Shown: positions 60,701 through 64,000 of the stretch, one piece after another
Position numbering within the stretch: the stretch's first letter is position 1
Layout of the letters: every line of letters starts with the position of its first letter
Origin: Planctomycetia bacterium
Lineage (GTDB): Bacteria; Planctomycetota; Planctomycetia; Pirellulales; UBA1268
Direction of reading: 5' to 3'
DNA length: 64,000 nt
NCBI GenBank assembly: GCA_014192425.1
Contig: BJHK01000011.1
Location: 73,670 to 137,669 of the forward strand
The notes under the pieces: model-generated
What the model was told of the DNA's origin: nothing
What the model saw: only the letters and a program-made list of their open reading frames with translations
Databases searched by the model: none
Position numbers and translations under genes: made by a program

Positions 60701-61669
60701 ATGGCGCACGAAGCCGGCCAGCCTTGCGACGACCATCGTACCGGCCACGTTCATGCGCATGCCCACGGGCACGCCCATGCCCACGGCTTCGCGGCCGGCC
60801 AGCTCGACCGGGCGATGGCCTGCGGCGTCGGGCTGAACGTCGCGTTCGTGGCCGTCGAGGCCGCTGCCGGCATCTGGGCCGGCTCGCTCGCCCTGCTCGC
60901 CGACGCCGGACACAATGCCGGCGACGTGCTCGGCCTGCTCCTCGCCTGGGGCGCGGCCTGGCTCGCCCGCCGCCCCCCTTCGCCGCGTTACACCTGGGGC
61001 CTGCGCCGGGCCACGATCTACGCCGCGCTCGCCAATGCCGTGCTCCTGCTCACCGCCTGCGGCGCCATCCTCTGGGAGGCGTTGCACCGGCTGCGCGATT
61101 CGGAGCCGGTCGCCGCGCCGACGATGATCGCCGTCGCCGCGATCGGCGTCGTCATCAATACGCTCACGGCGCTGCTCTTCATGCGCGGGCAGCGCGACGC
61201 CAACGTCCGCGGGGCGTTCCTGCACATGGCCGCCGACGCCGCCGTGTCGGCGGGCGTCGTGGCGGCCGGCCTCGCCATCTGGCTCACGGGGCTGCGCTGG
61301 ATCGATCCGCTGGTGAGCATCGTGATCGGCGCAGTGATCATGGCCGGCACGTGGGGCCTGTTTCGCGAGGGCCTCGACTTGGCACTCGACGCCGTGCCGC
61401 GCGGCTTCGATCCGGCGGTGGCCACCGCGGCGCTGGCTGCGATCCCCGGCGTGACGGACGTGCACGACCTGCACGTCTGGGGGGCGAGCACGTCGGAGCA
61501 CGCGCTTACCGTCCACCTCGTCGTTCCCGATGCCGCCGGCCATGCGCGGGTGCTGGCCGCCGCCGGGGCGGTCGTCCGCGACGAACTGCACGTCGCCCAC
61601 TGGACCATCCAGATCGAGGACGCCGGCACCGGCGCAGCCTGCCCGCAGCGGCCCGCCGACACGCTCTGA
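60701..61669 (+). CDS. Cation diffusion facilitator (CzcD/ZitB-like) metal efflux protein
   Basis: Start placed at MAHEAGQPCDDHRTGHVHAHAHGHAHAHG (His-rich N-terminus, ATG 60701). TM2 has LLADAGHNAGD and TM5 has LHMAADA. The C-terminal domain has VHDLHVWG. Confidence 0.85.
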   Translation: MAHEAGQPCDDHRTGHVHAHAHGHAHAHGFAAGQLDRAMACGVGLNVAFVAVEAAAGIWAGSLALLADAGHNAGDVLGLLLAWGAAWLARRPPSPRYTWGLRRATIYAALANAVLLLTACGAILWEALHRLRDSEPVAAPTMIAVAAIGVVINTLTALLFMRGQRDANVRGAFLHMAADAAVSAGVVAAGLAIWLTGLRWIDPLVSIVIGAVIMAGTWGLFREGLDLALDAVPRGFDPAVATAALAAIPGVTDVHDLHVWGASTSEHALTVHLVVPDAAGHARVLAAAGAVVRDELHVAHWTIQIEDAGTGAACPQRPADTL

Positions 61670-61764
61670 AAAAGGTGACAGCCACATTTTGCCGGTCGCC
61701 GCAGGCGACACGGCCCCGGCCACAGGCCGGGGTCTCCAGACAAAAGGTGGCAGTCACCTTTTTC
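61668..61764. repeat. Composite copy of the palindromic repeat family between convergent genes (bidirectional terminator position)
   Basis: GAAAAAGGTGACAGCCAC (61668-61685) pairs with GTGGCAGTCACCTTTTTC (61747-61764) at 17 of 18 positions. Two internal GC hairpins lie at 61695-61709 and 61712-61734. The element overlaps the CDF stop codon and ends 6 nt before the SDR-DUF2867 stop. Confidence 0.8.
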
Positions 61765-61770
61765 TTTCGC

Positions 61771-63201
61771 TCAGCCGCGGACGGCCTGCCGCACGATGCC
61801 GGCGAGCATCCGCCGGAAGACGAGCTCGTGGAGCGGCCAGATCGCATACCAGTAGGCCAGGCCGCCGAGGCCGCGCGGATCGAAGACCGCCGTTTGGTGG
61901 ATCGTGACGTCGCCGTCCCGCGGCACGACCTCGAACTCCAGCCACCCCCTGCCCGGCATCTTCATCTCCGCCGCCAGCCGCAGCCGACGCGGCCGATCGC
62001 AGGCCTCCACCCGCCAGCAGTCGAGCGGTTCGCCGACCTCGAGCCGGTCGGGATCACGTCGGCCGCGGCTCATGCCCGGTCCGCCGATCAGGCGGTCGAG
62101 CCAGCCGCGGAGCGACCAGAGCCAGTTGCAGGCATACCAGCCGTGGTGGCCGCCAATCCGCTCGATCGCCGCGAAGGCGCGGTCCGGAGCGACGGCAACG
62201 ACCGCATGACGGTGATCGACGAGCCGAGTTCCCTCGGTCTGGCCACCGTAGCGGTGCGGCAGGTCCTCGACGTCGGCGAGATCGGCCCAGCGGCGGCCGG
62301 CGAAGTCGCTGTCCTCGTTCCGCATCGCGTCGCGGACCGCAGTGGGCAGGTCGCGCGGCTGGATGGCGAACTCGCGCAGCGCCGCGACGTTGGTCACCAC
62401 GGTCGGGTTCTTGAGGCCGTCGATCAACTTGCGTCCCACCTTCGAATACCGCGGCGTCACGAGTTTGAGCCACAGGCTGGAGAGCCGGGGCGTGAGCACG
62501 GGCACCGGAATCAGCAACCTCGTCAGGCCGCGTTGCCGAGCGTACTCCCGCATGATAGCGCCGTAGGAGACTTTGTCCGGACCGCCGATTTCGAAGATCC
62601 GCGGGCCGCCCGGGGGCAGGTCGAGGGCGGCCGCCAGGTAGGCGACCACGTCGCCGATCGCGATCGGCTGGGTGGGCGTGGCCAGCCAGGCGGGGCAGAT
62701 CATCACCGGCAGCCGCTCCACGAGCGTCCGCACGAGGTCGAACGAAAAACTCCCCGCCCCGATGATGATCGAGGCCCGGAACTCGACCACGTCGTGGCCA
62801 CCGGCGCGAAGGATCGCCCCCACCTCGTGACGGCTGCGGAGGTGCGCCGAAAGCCGGTCGTCGTCGGCGCCGAGGCCGCCGAGGTAGACGATCCGACGCA
62901 CGCCGGCGTCACGGGCCGCCGCGGCGAACCGCTCCGCCGCCAGCCGGTCGGCCCGCTCGAAATCAACGCCGCTTTCCATCGAGTGGACGAGCCAGTAGGC
63001 GACGTCCACGCCGGTGCAGGCCCGGGCGAGGTCGGCCGGATCGGTGGCGTCACCCGCCATCACTTCCGTCTGCGGCCCGGCCCGACCGGCCAGTTTCTCG
63101 GGCCGGCGGGCGAGGCAGCGGACCGCGATCCCGCGCCGCTCGAACTCCGCCAGCAGGCAGCCGCCCACGTAGCCCGTCGCGCCGGTGAGCAGGACCCGCA
63201 T
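61771..63201 (-). CDS. NAD(P)-binding SDR-like (NmrA-type) protein fused to a DUF2867/SRPBCC-like C-terminal domain
   Basis: MRVLLTGATGYVGGCLL is the Rossmann motif. The C-terminal ~170 aa (HGWYACNWLWSLRGWLDRLIGG...) resemble DUF2867 as I remember it. Confidence 0.65.
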   Translation of the reverse strand: MRVLLTGATGYVGGCLLAEFERRGIAVRCLARRPEKLAGRAGPQTEVMAGDATDPADLARACTGVDVAYWLVHSMESGVDFERADRLAAERFAAAARDAGVRRIVYLGGLGADDDRLSAHLRSRHEVGAILRAGGHDVVEFRASIIIGAGSFSFDLVRTLVERLPVMICPAWLATPTQPIAIGDVVAYLAAALDLPPGGPRIFEIGGPDKVSYGAIMREYARQRGLTRLLIPVPVLTPRLSSLWLKLVTPRYSKVGRKLIDGLKNPTVVTNVAALREFAIQPRDLPTAVRDAMRNEDSDFAGRRWADLADVEDLPHRYGGQTEGTRLVDHRHAVVAVAPDRAFAAIERIGGHHGWYACNWLWSLRGWLDRLIGGPGMSRGRRDPDRLEVGEPLDCWRVEACDRPRRLRLAAEMKMPGRGWLEFEVVPRDGDVTIHQTAVFDPRGLGGLAYWYAIWPLHELVFRRMLAGIVRQAVRG

Positions 63202-63225
63202 GGCGGTCGGGGCGGGGCCCTGTCC

Positions 63226-64000
63226 TCAGGGGTCTGCGTTGAGGTCGAACGCCTCATCCATCCGGGTCGGATCGCCGGTCTTGAGGCCGTAGAGGAACCA
63301 GCGGACCCGCTGCTCGCTCGTGCCGTGCGTGAACTTGTGCGGCTCGACGTAGCCCTGCATCCGCTTTTGCATCTTGTCGTCGCCGATCTGCTCCGCCGCT
63401 TTGACGGCCTCGCGGATGTCGGCCTCGTTGATATTCTGGGCGTACTTGGCCATGTAGTGGGCCCAGACGCCGGCAAGGAAGTCAGCCTGGAGCTCCATGC
63501 GGACCGAGAGCTTGTTGTACTCGGCCTCCGACATCCGCGGCCGCATCGACTGCACATGGTTGCTGATGCCGAGCAGGTTTTGTACGTGGTGCCCGACCTC
63601 GTGGGCGATCACGTAGGCCTGGGCGAAGTCGCCCGGGGCATCGAAGCGACGGCTCAGCTCATTGTAGAACGCCGGGTCGATGTAGACCGTGCGATCGAGC
63701 GGGCAGTAGAACGGCCCGGCTCCGGCGTCGGCGAGGCCGCAGTTGCTGCGGACGCGGCCGGTGAACATCACCAGCTTGGGCGGGCTGAACCGTCGATTGA
63801 AGAGCTTGGGGAACAGTTTGCTCCACACGTCCTCGTTGTCGGCAGCGATCGTCTTGATGAACCTGCCGATCTCGTCGTCGATCGGCTTGCCGGCCTGCTC
63901 CTGGCGGCCGGCGGGGCCGGCGGCCTCGGGCGCCACCTGCAGGGCCTTCATCGGGTCGACGCCGAGAAACATGAGCACGATCATGAACAGGAGCGTGAGC
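63226..64000 (-). CDS. YpfJ-family neutral zinc metallopeptidase; N-terminus runs off the window
   Basis: Near-collinear with E. coli YpfJ from memory: PKLVMFTGRVRSNCG, GPFYCPLDRTVYID, GDFAQAYVIAHEVGHHVQ (HExxH), SVRMELQADFLAGVW, FTHGTSEQRVRWF. The reading frame stays open to position 64000. Confidence 0.85.
   Translation of the reverse strand, partial: LTLLFMIVLMFLGVDPMKALQVAPEAAGPAGRQEQAGKPIDDEIGRFIKTIAADNEDVWSKLFPKLFNRRFSPPKLVMFTGRVRSNCGLADAGAGPFYCPLDRTVYIDPAFYNELSRRFDAPGDFAQAYVIAHEVGHHVQNLLGISNHVQSMRPRMSEAEYNKLSVRMELQADFLAGVWAHYMAKYAQNINEADIREAVKAAEQIGDDKMQKRMQGYVEPHKFTHGTSEQRVRWFLYGLKTGDPTRMDEAFDLNADP

Overview
High-GC bacterial chromosomal segment; spot counts on single 60-nt lines give 44-49 G+C. 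It is probably Planctomycetota, inferred only from the style of the small lipoprotein and secreted-protein families, so the taxon is tentative. About three quarters of the window (2.7-49 kb) is one very large, mosaic Wzx/Wzy-type cell-surface polysaccharide locus, almost all on the minus strand. A NusG-paralog antiterminator gene (46931-47533) heads it. Then come amino-sugar genes (CapD-like dehydratase, DegT aminotransferase), two different initiating phosphoglycosyl transferases, and an ACP / AMP-ligase / FabG-like SDR / PglD-like acyltransferase set. Further genes are 8 GT4 and 2 GT2 glycosyltransferases, 5 intact methyltransferases plus 1 truncated, one Wzx flippase, two Wzy/O-antigen-ligase-like proteins, an AsnB-like amidotransferase with ATP-grasp and OCD-family partners, two nucleotidyltransferases, and a divergently transcribed Wza-like exporter. 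The locus is visibly remodelled. It contains a low-GC island (16.3-21.7 kb) carrying an acyltransferase, a methyltransferase and a GT2. It also has one frameshifted ISL3 element, one ISL3 remnant that truncates a methyltransferase, and several small toxin-antitoxin-like cassettes wedged into the operons, some chained to biosynthetic genes by ATGA overlaps. A palindromic, terminator-like repeat family (GAAAAAGGTG.CAG.CAC / inverted copy) occurs three times, once in-frame inside the SDR coding sequence. Flanking regions hold: an ABC half-transporter with a degenerate NBD plus a HlyD adaptor (1-2608); a five-gene envelope operon with a TPR/CHAT-like protein lacking the caspase dyad (49.6-57.1 kb); a repeat-dense leader upstream of an orphan mraZ; and housekeeping genes (Gfo/Idh/MocA oxidoreductase, MarC, CDF transporter, SDR-DUF2867, YpfJ-like peptidase). 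No rRNA, tRNA or CRISPR array was seen. All family assignments come from motif recognition by eye, not from searches.
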